Source: an uncultured Gemmatimonadales bacterium (GTDB lineage Bacteria > Gemmatimonadota > Gemmatimonadetes > JACCXV01 > JAHWKZ01). Taken from it: DNA of 61,188 nt. The notes beneath the pieces were generated by a model. That model saw nothing but the letters and a program-made list of their open reading frames with translations. It did not search any database and had not been told where the DNA came from. The stretch is taken from assembly GCA_964619975.1 (NCBI GenBank), contig CAZUIY010000061.1, positions 1-61,188 of the forward strand, given 5' to 3'. Of the stretch, positions 38,904 through 47,606 are shown one piece after another. Position 1 is the stretch's first letter. Every line of letters begins with the position of its first letter. Position numbers and translations under genes: made by a program.

Positions 38904-39069
38904 TGGACAGAGTAGGAGTTGAACCTACACCCTACTTTTTACAAGTCGATTAAGCTCGTCAACTTCAATAAGCCAGACAATCAACCTAACTTACATTCAT
39001 TGATTCAGGACGGATCACAGAGGACAAAATGTCTTGTTTCCGCGCGTCTACCAATTCCGCCATCTATCC
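38904..39069 (-). ncRNA. 166-nt tRNA-Leu-like RNA with an expanded anticodon/variable region
   Basis: Acceptor GGATAGA/TCTGTCC+A; Leu-type D arm GCGG-AATTGGTAGA-CGC; T arm GTAGG-TTCAACT-CCTAC; 114 nt between the D and T arms instead of about 30. Confidence 0.8.
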
Positions 39070-39205
39070 ATGTCGGTCTTTCCCGCCGTCACGATTTTTT
39101 ACGACCTCTTGACTTATTGTTTAAGCCGCAATAACCTGTGTCGTCTTGGGTGTGCTCCCTTCGCCCGTCCTGCACACATCGGTTTACTCGGGGTAGGGTA
39201 TGACA

Positions 39206-39251
39206 CAAATATAATCCGGTACGACAAAACCACCAAGTTAAAAACTGTTAA
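39206..39251 (-). promoter_or_regulatory. Promoter of the ncRNA cluster with an inverted tandem box
   Basis: TATATTTG on the - strand at 39206-39213, TTTG upstream; AGTTAA-AAAC-TGTTAA on the + strand at 39236-39251. Confidence 0.65.
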
Positions 39252-39252
39252 C

Positions 39253-39301
39253 AAAAAAAAGACCTCCCAATTTGAGCATTGTGAAGAGGCTTGGGAGGTT
39301 C
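39253..39301 (-). terminator. Intrinsic terminator ending the replication/middle operon
   Basis: ACCTCCCAA/TTGGGAGGT stem plus T8 on the - strand. Confidence 0.75.
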
Positions 39302-39348
39302 TACCTTTTTGCGACAGGTCATCGGTTACCGCGAAGATAGTGTTTTCC

Positions 39349-39777
39349 TTAAAGTTTCTCGTCTTTGTGCCACTTCAAATAGTCTTGAACCGCAAAATCA
39401 GGAACACTCCTGCCGTAGCCGTCCTTCAGGAACTTCAGGAAGTGATTGATCCGATCCTCTGCCGGAGCTATTTTGTCCAGTACAGCCTTTTTGTTTTCGT
39501 CGGGCATACGCAGGAAGTTGACGACAATAGTCTGTACTACCTCTGCCCACATTTTTTGAGGGTCAGGTGGTATTGTCGCGGTTTCAGGAGAAGGCATTCG
39601 TAGTGGACGGAGAATAATTGAGATCACATCGTTACTATCCTTAAATGAATGAGCAATCATCTCGAAAGATTCTTCATCCATCGCGGTGATTCTGTACGTT
39701 TGCGAGTCTCTTTTATTTATTGAAACAGCGATGTCCTGACCCGGTGCTAATAGGTGTGATTTTTCCATCTCGCTCAC
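39349..39777 (-). CDS. Hypothetical protein
   Basis: 142-aa ORF coupled to its upstream neighbour. Confidence 0.6.
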   Translation of the reverse strand: MSEMEKSHLLAPGQDIAVSINKRDSQTYRITAMDEESFEMIAHSFKDSNDVISIILRPLRMPSPETATIPPDPQKMWAEVVQTIVVNFLRMPDENKKAVLDKIAPAEDRINHFLKFLKDGYGRSVPDFAVQDYLKWHKDEKL

Positions 39778-40025
39778 GATTCTTGTTGCTCATCTATTTT
39801 CGCACGGACAATCTCTTTCAATTCCTCATACTTCACTTCGTCAAAATCTTTCTCATAGAACACTTGAAAATCTGGTTCCCCGCCTTCATCCTCACACTTC
39901 AAATAAACGAGCACATGATAATCAGCAAACTTTTCTTCAAGCATTTTTTGAATATCTCTTACGTCACCCGTTCTGCTATTGCCAATAATGCGTGGTATTC
40001 CGGCTATAAATATTGGTTTTGCCAT
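39774..40025 (-). CDS. Hypothetical protein
   Basis: 83 aa; L.EK..DYHVLVY..F.VFY pattern. Confidence 0.6.
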   Translation of the reverse strand: MAKPIFIAGIPRIIGNSRTGDVRDIQKMLEEKFADYHVLVYLKCEDEGGEPDFQVFYEKDFDEVKYEELKEIVRAKIDEQQES

Positions 40026-40040
40026 GATTTTATCCTTTAA

Positions 40041-40529
40041 TTATTGATTTACTTTTGGAATTTCACCATCAACTATTTGTTGAAAGCTGATTACTTCATG
40101 CGTAGACTCTCCTATCACAACATAATCCTCCTTGCCGTCGTCATACCGAACATGGTAACACGGTCGACTTGAGTATTTACCGTACTGAACCATCTTAACG
40201 CCAATTATTCTGGCTGGCTCTCCGGGCCGGAATCCGTACCTGTGAGTATGGACTAAATAAGCACCACCAATTTTAGGTTCCGTTGCCGGAGCAGTCTTAC
40301 CCACTTCGTCTATTGAAGTCCAATTTAAACTTTTAGGTGACTCGAATTTTAGATCTGGTTTCGCTATAATCAGGTCGCTTATATCGTGTTCCTTCCCGCA
40401 GTTATTACATTGAGTCATGGGATTTTTTATGAAGTCCTCAACTAATCCTAACATCCGAAAAAACGAGAAACAACATGGTGTAACTTTGTTTGTATTTATC
40501 ATTGGTTTTAGTTTGAAACAGCCATCCAC
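40041..40529 (-). CDS. Hypothetical protein (CxxC; HRYGFR.GEPA.IIGV domain)
   Basis: Co-directional ORF; true start uncertain. Confidence 0.55.
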   Translation of the reverse strand: MDGCFKLKPMINTNKVTPCCFSFFRMLGLVEDFIKNPMTQCNNCGKEHDISDLIIAKPDLKFESPKSLNWTSIDEVGKTAPATEPKIGGAYLVHTHRYGFRPGEPARIIGVKMVQYGKYSSRPCYHVRYDDGKEDYVVIGESTHEVISFQQIVDGEIPKVNQ

Positions 40530-40918
40530 AGCACCGCTCCGATAAGAGCAACTGTGGTTCCGGCCAAAATTGTTTTCTGAGTTTTCTCCTGTCGCAACTT
40601 TTTATTGACGGCATCCAGATCACCTTCGCAAAGCTCACCCGCCTGAGTTTCCCGAGACAACGCTTCCTTCAAATCTGTGATCGATGAATCTTTCGCCAGG
40701 ACGACCGAGTTGAACTGCCGCTCCCGAACTTCATAAATACTCACCCTCTCATTGAGAAGGTGCAGCTTATCCATTGCCGCGTGATACTCTGCCATTACAG
40801 ACAGGGCAAAATCACTTTGAACCTTGGAGAAGCAGATAAGCGTGTCCGGGAATGTTGTTGGCTGCGAAAATGCTGTCCCATTCAGAAGCAGCAGCGAAAA
40901 CAGTAGCAGGTGGCGCAT
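40508..40918 (-). CDS. Spanin-like protein (outer-component candidate)
   Basis: Signal peptide, coiled coil and C-terminal hydrophobic segment; overlaps the upstream gene by about 100 bp. Confidence 0.55.
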   Translation of the reverse strand: MRHLLLFSLLLLNGTAFSQPTTFPDTLICFSKVQSDFALSVMAEYHAAMDKLHLLNERVSIYEVRERQFNSVVLAKDSSITDLKEALSRETQAGELCEGDLDAVNKKLRQEKTQKTILAGTTVALIGAVLWMAVSN

Positions 40919-41174
40919 ACGGTGGTCTGTTTTTGAGTTTGTCGAGTTCCTTTTGGTTGTCCTTCAGAATGTCGTCAGAGACGCTCAGACTGTCGAGAAT
41001 GAGTGCAATCCTATCTTCCCTGTCAGACGCTACCCCTACCAGACTGTCTCGCTGTGACCGAAGCCTATCCCTTTCGTCCTTAGTGTCGGGAACAGGTGTC
41101 GGATCCTTGGTGAGATACAGCACCAAAAATACAACAGCCAGTATTGCGAACAGTATGGTGGGTAGGTGTTTCAT
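40812..41174 (-). CDS. Spanin-like protein (inner-component candidate)
   Basis: N-terminal TM (LPTILFAILAVVFLVLYL) followed by a coiled coil. Confidence 0.55.
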   Translation of the reverse strand: MKHLPTILFAILAVVFLVLYLTKDPTPVPDTKDERDRLRSQRDSLVGVASDREDRIALILDSLSVSDDILKDNQKELDKLKNRPPYAPPATVFAAASEWDSIFAANNIPGHAYLLLQGSK

Positions 41175-41341
41175 GGCTTATCCAATGCATACATTTTATT
41201 CGCACACCCGAAAGCACACGCTACATTGAAAACAAAGCAAGCCACAGTAAACCACTCTGGCTCTTCTGGGTAGTACTTACAGCAAAGCCCCGCAAAAAGA
41301 CTGTGAAGAATTAATCCGATTAAATAGGGGATCCAATTCAT
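41171..41341 (-). CDS. 56-aa two-TM protein not in the ORF track (holin-like candidate)
   Basis: MNWIPYLIGLILHSLFAGLCCKYYPEEPEWFTVACFVFNVACAFGCANKMYALDKP; ATGA overlap with the spanin-like gene. Confidence 0.6.
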   Translation of the reverse strand: MNWIPYLIGLILHSLFAGLCCKYYPEEPEWFTVACFVFNVACAFGCANKMYALDKP

Positions 41342-41347
41342 GGTTTC

Positions 41348-42217
41348 TTAATTCATCTTGTGATTCACGACGGCTTCATCGGATGCTTCCAAGCCCCAAG
41401 CCGTAACAATCAGGTAGTACTTCACTCTTTCAAACACTACAGGTTGTAAAACTACAGGGTCAGGGTAAGACTTGGTTATTTTGAATCCCGAAACATCCAT
41501 GTTCTTGGTGTCGAAGTCTGTCTTTGGAGCTGCAATTTCAAGAGGACATTTCTGAATAACATCATTAGACATAGCCATGCGTTGGTATGCATAATAATCT
41601 CCTGTTAACCTTTCCTGGATTTTTTTGTTGGTGATTTCTTTCGCCTCATTTTCTGATAAAATCTTTTCGCCATATCTGGTTCCACTCATAAAAATGAAAC
41701 TATACATTTCCCAGGCAACATCCTCTTCGTTGATCTTGAAATTCTCCATGTGCTCAAGATTCGCGTCAGGAACATCGCCTTGGTAATGCTCAACCTGTCC
41801 GTAAACCAATCCATACTTCTCACAAATTTTCTTTACCGATTCTTCTGTGATGAATTTGTACTGTGGGTACTTATGCGAGAAATACTGAACTGCTTTTTTC
41901 ACCTTCTCCTTAGCGATGTTCATAGATTCAGCCAGCGCAATTTCCCGTTTGACTGCTTCGCCTTTCTCAACATCTTTAGTGCCGATAAATCCAAGTGCTT
42001 TTAGCCTGTCGGTTTTCTCAACCAGTTTCTTATCGGATGGTTCTGTGCTGACCTTAATGTTGGCTTCTTCGAGAATCCTGTCAACTTCAGAATAAAAGGT
42101 ATCGTGAATCTCCTGAACGACTTCGGAAACCGGTCGCTCTTTTTGAACCTCTTCGGAAACCGGACGATCCTTTTGAAGGACGGGTTTCACAGTTTTCTTT
42201 TTGAATAACTTAATCAT
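41348..42217 (-). CDS. Conserved Bacteroidota-phage hypothetical protein
   Basis: C-terminal LEIAAP..F..DPVVLQPV..YLIVTAWGLEASD. Confidence 0.75.
   Translation of the reverse strand: MIKLFKKKTVKPVLQKDRPVSEEVQKERPVSEVVQEIHDTFYSEVDRILEEANIKVSTEPSDKKLVEKTDRLKALGFIGTKDVEKGEAVKREIALAESMNIAKEKVKKAVQYFSHKYPQYKFITEESVKKICEKYGLVYGQVEHYQGDVPDANLEHMENFKINEEDVAWEMYSFIFMSGTRYGEKILSENEAKEITNKKIQERLTGDYYAYQRMAMSNDVIQKCPLEIAAPKTDFDTKNMDVSGFKITKSYPDPVVLQPVVFERVKYYLIVTAWGLEASDEAVVNHKMN
42121..42178. repeat. Imperfect 30-bp tandem duplication within the CDS
   Basis: cttcggaaaccgg unit twice; encodes QKDRPVSEE / QKERPVSEV. Confidence 0.7.
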
Positions 42218-42239
42218 AACTTATTGGTTTTAGGTTAAT

Positions 42240-42719
42240 TTATTTAGTTTGCAAGGTACTTATTCTCTGTTGAACTACCGATGCCAACCGCTCTCCCAAC
42301 TCCCTCAAATATACATCCTTTTCACTTTTCAGATAAGCGGTGATATTGCGAAGCACCCGGCCATAAGGTATCCTTATCCTACGATGAGTCTCTTTCAAGT
42401 CTTGATGGCACCTGTACCACATCACGTAACAAAACAATCTCTGTATTCGCGCCCTGTTATACGCCTGCTCCATTGTAAGAGCGTCGAAGTGCGAGAAAAA
42501 ATAGATGATAAATTCCCTATCCTTTTCTTTGAAATTGTCGATGTTAAAATTAAACTGGGTAGAAACCCATCCGGCTAAACTTTCGTGTTGAACCCTGTCT
42601 ACGTGTTTGTAAAACGTGGTGCCGCTGATTTTCGCCGACCTTACGGCGTTCATCAATGTAGCCCCGGTTTTGACCTTGGAGAGAATAGCGCTGTATGTTT
42701 CTTCCGGCAGAGGCATCAT
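42240..42719 (-). CDS. Putative HTH DNA-binding protein
   Basis: GATLMNAVRSAKISGTTFYKHV is HTH-like. Confidence 0.5.
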   Translation of the reverse strand: MMPLPEETYSAILSKVKTGATLMNAVRSAKISGTTFYKHVDRVQHESLAGWVSTQFNFNIDNFKEKDREFIIYFFSHFDALTMEQAYNRARIQRLFCYVMWYRCHQDLKETHRRIRIPYGRVLRNITAYLKSEKDVYLRELGERLASVVQQRISTLQTK

Positions 42720-42991
42720 TACGATAGTACAGCCATCACGTATTCTTCGTTCATCAAAAGATACGATTCATTCTTGACTTTCATTTCCGTTCCACCCGTG
42801 GCTCCATACATCACCAAATCACCGACCTCGACTTCCACAACTTCCTTTCCGACCGCAACAACGGTTCCGCGTCTTGATTTTTCTTTTGCCTGGTCGGGAA
42901 TGAAGATTCCTGAATCTGTTTTATCCTTGGCGACTTCCGGAGAGATCAATACTCTACTCCCCAATGGTCTGATGTCTTTCTTTTTGCTCAT
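42719..42991 (-). CDS. groES: Co-chaperonin GroES (canonical single domain)
   Basis: IRPLGSRVLI..KTDSGIFIPD.AKEK..G.VVAVG..VEVGDLVMYG..GTE.K...YLLMNEEYVMAVL; likely start at 42991. Confidence 0.9.
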   Translation of the reverse strand: MSKKKDIRPLGSRVLISPEVAKDKTDSGIFIPDQAKEKSRRGTVVAVGKEVVEVEVGDLVMYGATGGTEMKVKNESYLLMNEEYVMAVLS

Positions 42992-43328
42992 TTGATTTTT
43001 GTTTTTCAAGTTCAAAATAATGCATCACTGTTTCATCGAACAACCCGTCTCCTGCCAGTCTCAAAAACTTCCGAACCGCAGAACTTTGTTTTGACAGTCC
43101 ACTCCATACGTTTGCGATGGCAGGAATGAAGTCCTCTTCGGAATCCACAAAAGTATCAAGAAGTGTCCTGCGATACCTCGGACGCGACGGTAGTGTAGGT
43201 CGTGATCGTTCTTCTCTTTCCTTTTTCTTTCGCTCGATATACGCCGTGGCCTTTTCGATGAACACAGGGTCTTTCACTATATCCCCGACTGTAGGGAATC
43301 TTTCGTCTATGATTTTTTGTGGGGTCAT
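42954..43328 (-). CDS. Hypothetical protein
   Basis: 124-aa co-directional ORF. Confidence 0.55.
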   Translation of the reverse strand: MTPQKIIDERFPTVGDIVKDPVFIEKATAYIERKKKEREERSRPTLPSRPRYRRTLLDTFVDSEEDFIPAIANVWSGLSKQSSAVRKFLRLAGDGLFDETVMHYFELEKQKSNEQKERHQTIGE

Positions 43329-43363
43329 TGGGTTGAGGGTTCTATTCTAATATCATAAAAAAA

Positions 43364-43645
43364 TTACTCATATCCATACTGCGAACAAACATCGTCCATA
43401 ATTTCTTCGAGCGTTTCTGCATTGAAAGTCATGCGATATGAGCCATAACACCACACCTCACAATTCCATAATTCGTTCTGCCACCAAACTCTTCCATTAA
43501 AATTCCAACCAGGGTACCGACTAAACAACTCTTTACCCTTTATGGCTTTTGCTGTTTCAGAAATAATACAACCGTCAAAATTTGACATGATATCTTCTCC
43601 ATCATACTCTAAAAAACTTTCAGGGATACGTGAGGATACATCCAT
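43364..43645 (-). CDS. Hypothetical protein
   Basis: 93 aa; Trp-rich. Confidence 0.6.
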   Translation of the reverse strand: MDVSSRIPESFLEYDGEDIMSNFDGCIISETAKAIKGKELFSRYPGWNFNGRVWWQNELWNCEVWCYGSYRMTFNAETLEEIMDDVCSQYGYE

Positions 43646-43646
43646 T

Positions 43647-43826
43647 TTATACCGTTTTTGATTTTCCGATTATCATATTCTTCACCGCCCGGCAAAAAGC
43701 CCGTTGGTACTCGTGGGAAAGCTTGTGTGTTCCGGTTCCTTCTCCGGCCAGTTCCCCCGCCTTTACAAGATCAGCGTCCAGTTTCCCCGCATTGTAATCC
43801 GCCCATATTTCACTGAATGTTGCCAT
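43647..43826 (-). CDS. 59-aa hypothetical protein not in the ORF track
   Basis: MATFSEIWADYNAGKLDADL...; fills the gap between its neighbours exactly. Confidence 0.5.
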   Translation of the reverse strand: MATFSEIWADYNAGKLDADLVKAGELAGEGTGTHKLSHEYQRAFCRAVKNMIIGKSKTV

Positions 43827-43830
43827 GATG

Positions 43831-45081
43831 TTATTTTTTCTGTTCCACTTCGTCCTCCGCGATGAACTCTATTTTCAAGTTTTCCTCTCCACGTCTTACT
43901 TCTTCTGTCAGCACCTGCATGTTGTACTTTTTGGCAATGTCGAGAATTGTTTTCAATCTCTCCGAACCAAGGCTCTCCCCCCTCTGGATGATTAAAGGAA
44001 GTTCAGGATTTTCCACGATTTTCATTCTGACTCCAAGTTCCATGATTTCTGACGTACTCAGGGATCCCACTTCTACCGGAACACCGTTGTACATCAGCCT
44101 GTCCTCGTCAAAGGCAAGCCCTTCCACCGGAAGATCACAATCACGAATACAATCCTGCACGGCTTGACGGCAACTATCAATAAGCGCTGTCATTTCTCCG
44201 CTTTCATCTTCGAGTTTTTCGATTTCTCGCTGCTTCTGCTCCAAAGATTCAAGATCGGAAACCCGTTTGTTATGTGTCTCGGCTTTTTCCAATTCATCGC
44301 TCAATCCGGATATATCGATCTTTTCATTGGATTTCAACCATGCTTCTCCCTTTTCCTTTTCTTCGACAAGTTTTCCATGTTTCTCCTGGAGGCGAAGAAT
44401 TTCTGCCTCAACCTCTGTGATCTCCCGAGTTCGTTCTTCCACTCCGTTTTGAACCTTCTCTACCTTTTCGTTGGTTTTACTGGCCTCGATGATTTGCTCA
44501 CGGATTTGAGAAGCGTCAATCTTTTTCTGATCACCGAGTCTCTGCCCGTACAAGGGATGGTCTTTTACGGCCCCCTTGAGTCTTTTAATATCGCGGTTAG
44601 TATCCTCTCGATCCCTGTAATGTCCGTCTATCTTCAATTCGTGGTTCTTCACAAAATCTTGAATCTCCTGATCAAGCAAAGACTTATAAATATTCACTTG
44701 CTTTTTTCTTCCTGCCTCTGTTTCGCTCAATGACACAAATTCGTCAATGTCAAAATCAACAGCTCCGGTGACTTGTTTGAGCGCTGAAACCCGGACATCA
44801 CGAACTCCTTCGGGGCTTGTTGTTTCTACTGTCGGTTTGCCGTCCTTCATTCTAACGCGAAACTTCCACTCCCTGCCGTCCTTGTCGGCCCACACTTCCC
44901 ATTCTCCGTTTTCTCCGGTAGGTAGTTTCTTTTTCTTACCAAGAGCAATATCTATCGCTTGTAGGAACGTGGACTTCCCCACTCCGTTTTCTCCGACAAC
45001 AAAGACATTCTTGCCTTCTATGTTGGATTCAAAATCTTCCAACGACTTGAACTTACTGATCGATACTTTTAGAATTTTCAT
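43831..45081 (-). CDS. SMC/Rad50-like coiled-coil ATPase
   Basis: Walker A GENGVGKST, long coiled coil, and degenerate signature/Walker B SLSTSE..LIIQRGESL. Confidence 0.85.
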   Translation of the reverse strand: MKILKVSISKFKSLEDFESNIEGKNVFVVGENGVGKSTFLQAIDIALGKKKKLPTGENGEWEVWADKDGREWKFRVRMKDGKPTVETTSPEGVRDVRVSALKQVTGAVDFDIDEFVSLSETEAGRKKQVNIYKSLLDQEIQDFVKNHELKIDGHYRDREDTNRDIKRLKGAVKDHPLYGQRLGDQKKIDASQIREQIIEASKTNEKVEKVQNGVEERTREITEVEAEILRLQEKHGKLVEEKEKGEAWLKSNEKIDISGLSDELEKAETHNKRVSDLESLEQKQREIEKLEDESGEMTALIDSCRQAVQDCIRDCDLPVEGLAFDEDRLMYNGVPVEVGSLSTSEIMELGVRMKIVENPELPLIIQRGESLGSERLKTILDIAKKYNMQVLTEEVRRGEENLKIEFIAEDEVEQKK

Positions 45082-45506
45082 CGCGCTTGCTTTACTGTTA
45101 CGTAATCTTTTGAAAAAGTCACTTTCGGAATTTCCCCAATCTCTCCGGTTTCTGAGTTCGCAGCCATAGCTCCATTGCTCTCCATATACCGATAGTTCGC
45201 CTGAAGGTTAGCTTCAACACTTTTCAGTTCTTTAGCCACCTTCACATGAGAAGGACATCCGCTGTAATCCCAATTCCTGCGCCCGTTGGTTCTGGTGAAA
45301 ATATAGCCTTGGTGAGCGTAAGACTTCTCTCCTGAGCGGTCCAGTTCTTCCAGTGCCACTTCTTCTACGCGCTTCCGGGCAGACTCCAACACTTTCTCCA
45401 TTTGCTTAAGCGTAGCTAAGTCCAGCAACACATCGGATTCACCGTCTTGACTTTTTTGGACTATTAACTCTACCTGATCGTAGAACTTCTTTGCTTGTTC
45501 TGTCAT
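45078..45506 (-). CDS. Conserved Bacteroidota-phage protein of the recombination cluster
   Basis: Lies between the SSB-like gene and the ATPase; R.NWDYS.C..ETGEI..P pattern. Confidence 0.65.
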   Translation of the reverse strand: MTEQAKKFYDQVELIVQKSQDGESDVLLDLATLKQMEKVLESARKRVEEVALEELDRSGEKSYAHQGYIFTRTNGRRNWDYSGCPSHVKVAKELKSVEANLQANYRYMESNGAMAANSETGEIGEIPKVTFSKDYVTVKQAR

Positions 45507-45625
45507 TTGAATTTTTCTTTTAGTTTTTCGTCACCTTCTTCGCCTACCCACTTCTGAGGTGGACGGCGCTTTTCAGTGAAAGCCTCGTCGTGGAGTTCTC
45601 GTAAGTAGTCTGATTTACAATACAT
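45503..45625 (-). CDS. 40-aa hypothetical protein not in the ORF track
   Basis: Coupled at both ends (TAATG and ATGA overlaps). Confidence 0.45.
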   Translation of the reverse strand: MYCKSDYLRELHDEAFTEKRRPPQKWVGEEGDEKLKEKFK

Positions 45626-46449
45626 TAAAATGGCAAATCGTCCTGTTCATCCTCGTCCTCAACCTGTTCTTCAAAAGTTCCTCCCCTGTGATCGGTTGGC
45701 TCCTGACGGCTTCGCAGTCTTTCGGATTCGTCCTGAAGCATATCCTGACCATCTTGTGATCCGGCTTGGCTTTCGGCGTACTCATGCTTGTAACCTGCGT
45801 CTGCTGCTGTCGGAATTTGCTGCACTGTCATTTTCTGCGCATTGAAAAATTCCTTCAGTAATTTAGCCTGTTCCATAGCTGCATTATCTTCCTCTTCGCT
45901 GGCGTCTTTCTGTACGAACAATGGAACTTCATAATCTACCTTGCCCATTTTTTCGGGCCGACTTCCAGCGAACTCAATAACACCATGACCAGTAGTCTTT
46001 TTATTCTTGTAGCACTCTTTGGCAAACTCGATCCACCCACCAAGGGCTGCTCCGTACATACAAATACAAACGATCCTGAATCCGCTTTTGGTTTCCAGCA
46101 TGGCGTAAATATCGGTGCTGAATTTACCGCCAATGCCTGTAACCTGAGATTTGATCTCTGCCCATGTTCCGGTAGCGATGTGGTCTTTTTTCATGTTCCT
46201 CACCTTCAGGATGCCGTCAGTGATGTCCAAGACTTGATTGGATATGATTGAGCATTCTTCGGCTTTGTGAAATCCTCGAACACTTTTCACTTCTTCGAGA
46301 ACCAGGAAGCGGAGTTTCTTTACCGGACGGTTTTTGTCGGATCCGTCAAACTCTTTGTCGTAGTAGGTAAAGCATTTTTTATCTGAACTCCATTCGAGCC
46401 ATATTTCTGCGGGATTGGGAACTTGCTTGTCCCGGTCTAATCTTGACAT
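45625..46449 (-). CDS. Putative single-stranded DNA-binding protein
   Basis: Beta-rich core; acidic tail ending EDEDEQDDLPF (SSB-type C-terminal motif). Confidence 0.65.
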   Translation of the reverse strand: MSRLDRDKQVPNPAEIWLEWSSDKKCFTYYDKEFDGSDKNRPVKKLRFLVLEEVKSVRGFHKAEECSIISNQVLDITDGILKVRNMKKDHIATGTWAEIKSQVTGIGGKFSTDIYAMLETKSGFRIVCICMYGAALGGWIEFAKECYKNKKTTGHGVIEFAGSRPEKMGKVDYEVPLFVQKDASEEEDNAAMEQAKLLKEFFNAQKMTVQQIPTAADAGYKHEYAESQAGSQDGQDMLQDESERLRSRQEPTDHRGGTFEEQVEDEDEQDDLPF

Positions 46450-46485
46450 GATAATTTTGGTTTAGTTTTTTTTGAGTTGAGATTT

Positions 46486-46536
46486 CAAATGTAGTGATTT
46501 ACCTGTTGGGTGATGTGGTTTTAACAGTTTTTAACA
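46486..46536 (-). promoter_or_regulatory. Promoter: TGTTAA-N4-TGTTAA-N27-TACATTTG
   Basis: Read directly, upstream of the SSB-like gene. Confidence 0.75.
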
Positions 46537-46549
46537 GGTGTTGGTATTC

Positions 46550-46990
46550 TCATCCAATATCCTTTCGAGTCAGGTGGTAAAGGTGAATTGCGTCGGCCTC
46601 GTCGTCGGAATCGCCTAAATAGCCGTATTGTTCTTTCGCTGCCTGAACCATTGATTCCTTGTTCGCGTTACCCTTTCCCGTGGCAAACTTCTTGATCTCG
46701 GTAGCGGAATAACAAGCCAGATCCAATCCTGCTTCAATGCAAAGCTCTTTGAGTACACCAACCATTTCGGATGCAACCATGATGCTCGACTTGAACCTTC
46801 CGGCAGGGCGCTCATATGATATCAACTCGATCCCTTCGAGTTCGACCAACTCCTTTACTTTGGATTTGAACCGGACAACACGCATTCCTTCGCTTTCTCC
46901 GCGATTGGGCTTGAGGTTCCAGGTTCCACTTGCTGTTTCGGTTTTCCAGCCAGTTGTCGTTGCGATGTCAAGTGCTAAAATTTTCTTCAT
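46550..46990 (-). CDS. ruvC: RuvC-like Holliday junction resolvase
   Basis: ILALDIATTTGW, ISYER, ATEIKKFATGKGNANKESM, DDEADA. Confidence 0.85.
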   Translation of the reverse strand: MKKILALDIATTTGWKTETASGTWNLKPNRGESEGMRVVRFKSKVKELVELEGIELISYERPAGRFKSSIMVASEMVGVLKELCIEAGLDLACYSATEIKKFATGKGNANKESMVQAAKEQYGYLGDSDDEADAIHLYHLTRKDIG

Positions 46991-47159
46991 GGTTGTTTGT
47001 TTTAGAATATATTTTCAAATTCAATTCTCGTTTTCTCTGCCGTTTCATCAACAAGTGGAGCACTTCCATTTCGGATAGCCCGTACTCCTGAATACGTACT
47101 TCTCCTTTTTCATCCGATTCAATCAAAAATGTGTTGTTCATTGGTCTGAGGGTTGAGGG

Positions 47160-47606
47160 TTAATATCTGAAGTCTGTAAAGTGAATAATTGCCATTGGTT
47201 CTGATAGGTCGTATTTAGCAAACCAGTCTTTGAAGTCTCGTTTGGATAGCCCGTCGTTTTTCGCTAAGAAGCCGTAACCGCCGCCGTATTTCCCGCCAAT
47301 AACGAATCGGTGAATATTGTATTCAAACGATAGTTTCTGAATCCCTATCCCGTCCGCTTTGTCAAAAACGAAACACTCTCTTTGCTTTGAATTGTATGGT
47401 TTACCCGCCCACACCCGAACCGATAACACGGCTTCTCCGGCTTCGATCTTTTCAAATCGTTTCCGCCACAACTCATAGTTCCCGCGAATGGTGTGAATCT
47501 TTTCCTTTGCCCAAATTGATTCCACAAAGTTTGTCGGCTCACCGGCTCGTGGGTGTGTCTTTGGGAATTGCTCTGAAATGGTGAGTACGTAGGTTGATTT
47601 TTTCAT
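47160..47606 (-). CDS. Conserved Bacteroidota-phage protein (possibly ASCH/PUA-like)
   Basis: FPKTHPRAGEPT.F..KIHTIR.NY..W..LSVR.W.GKPY.SKQ..NDGLS..DFKDWF. Confidence 0.7.
   Translation of the reverse strand: MKKSTYVLTISEQFPKTHPRAGEPTNFVESIWAKEKIHTIRGNYELWRKRFEKIEAGEAVLSVRVWAGKPYNSKQRECFVFDKADGIGIQKLSFEYNIHRFVIGGKYGGGYGFLAKNDGLSKRDFKDWFAKYDLSEPMAIIHFTDFRY

Noticed and set aside
38904-39069. tmRNA or group I intron-containing tRNA
   Set aside because: There is no G3-U70 pair and no open tag reading frame, and the roughly 80-nt excess is too short for a group I intron core.
44730-44765. DFDID string resembling the crAss virion RNA polymerase catalytic motif
   Set aside because: It lies inside the SMC-like ATPase just before the coiled coil, so it is coincidental.
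43831-45081. SMC-like ATPase as the terminase
   Set aside because: It has ABC/SMC architecture with a long coiled coil and no nuclease domain, and it sits in the recombination cluster. Kept only as a remote alternative.
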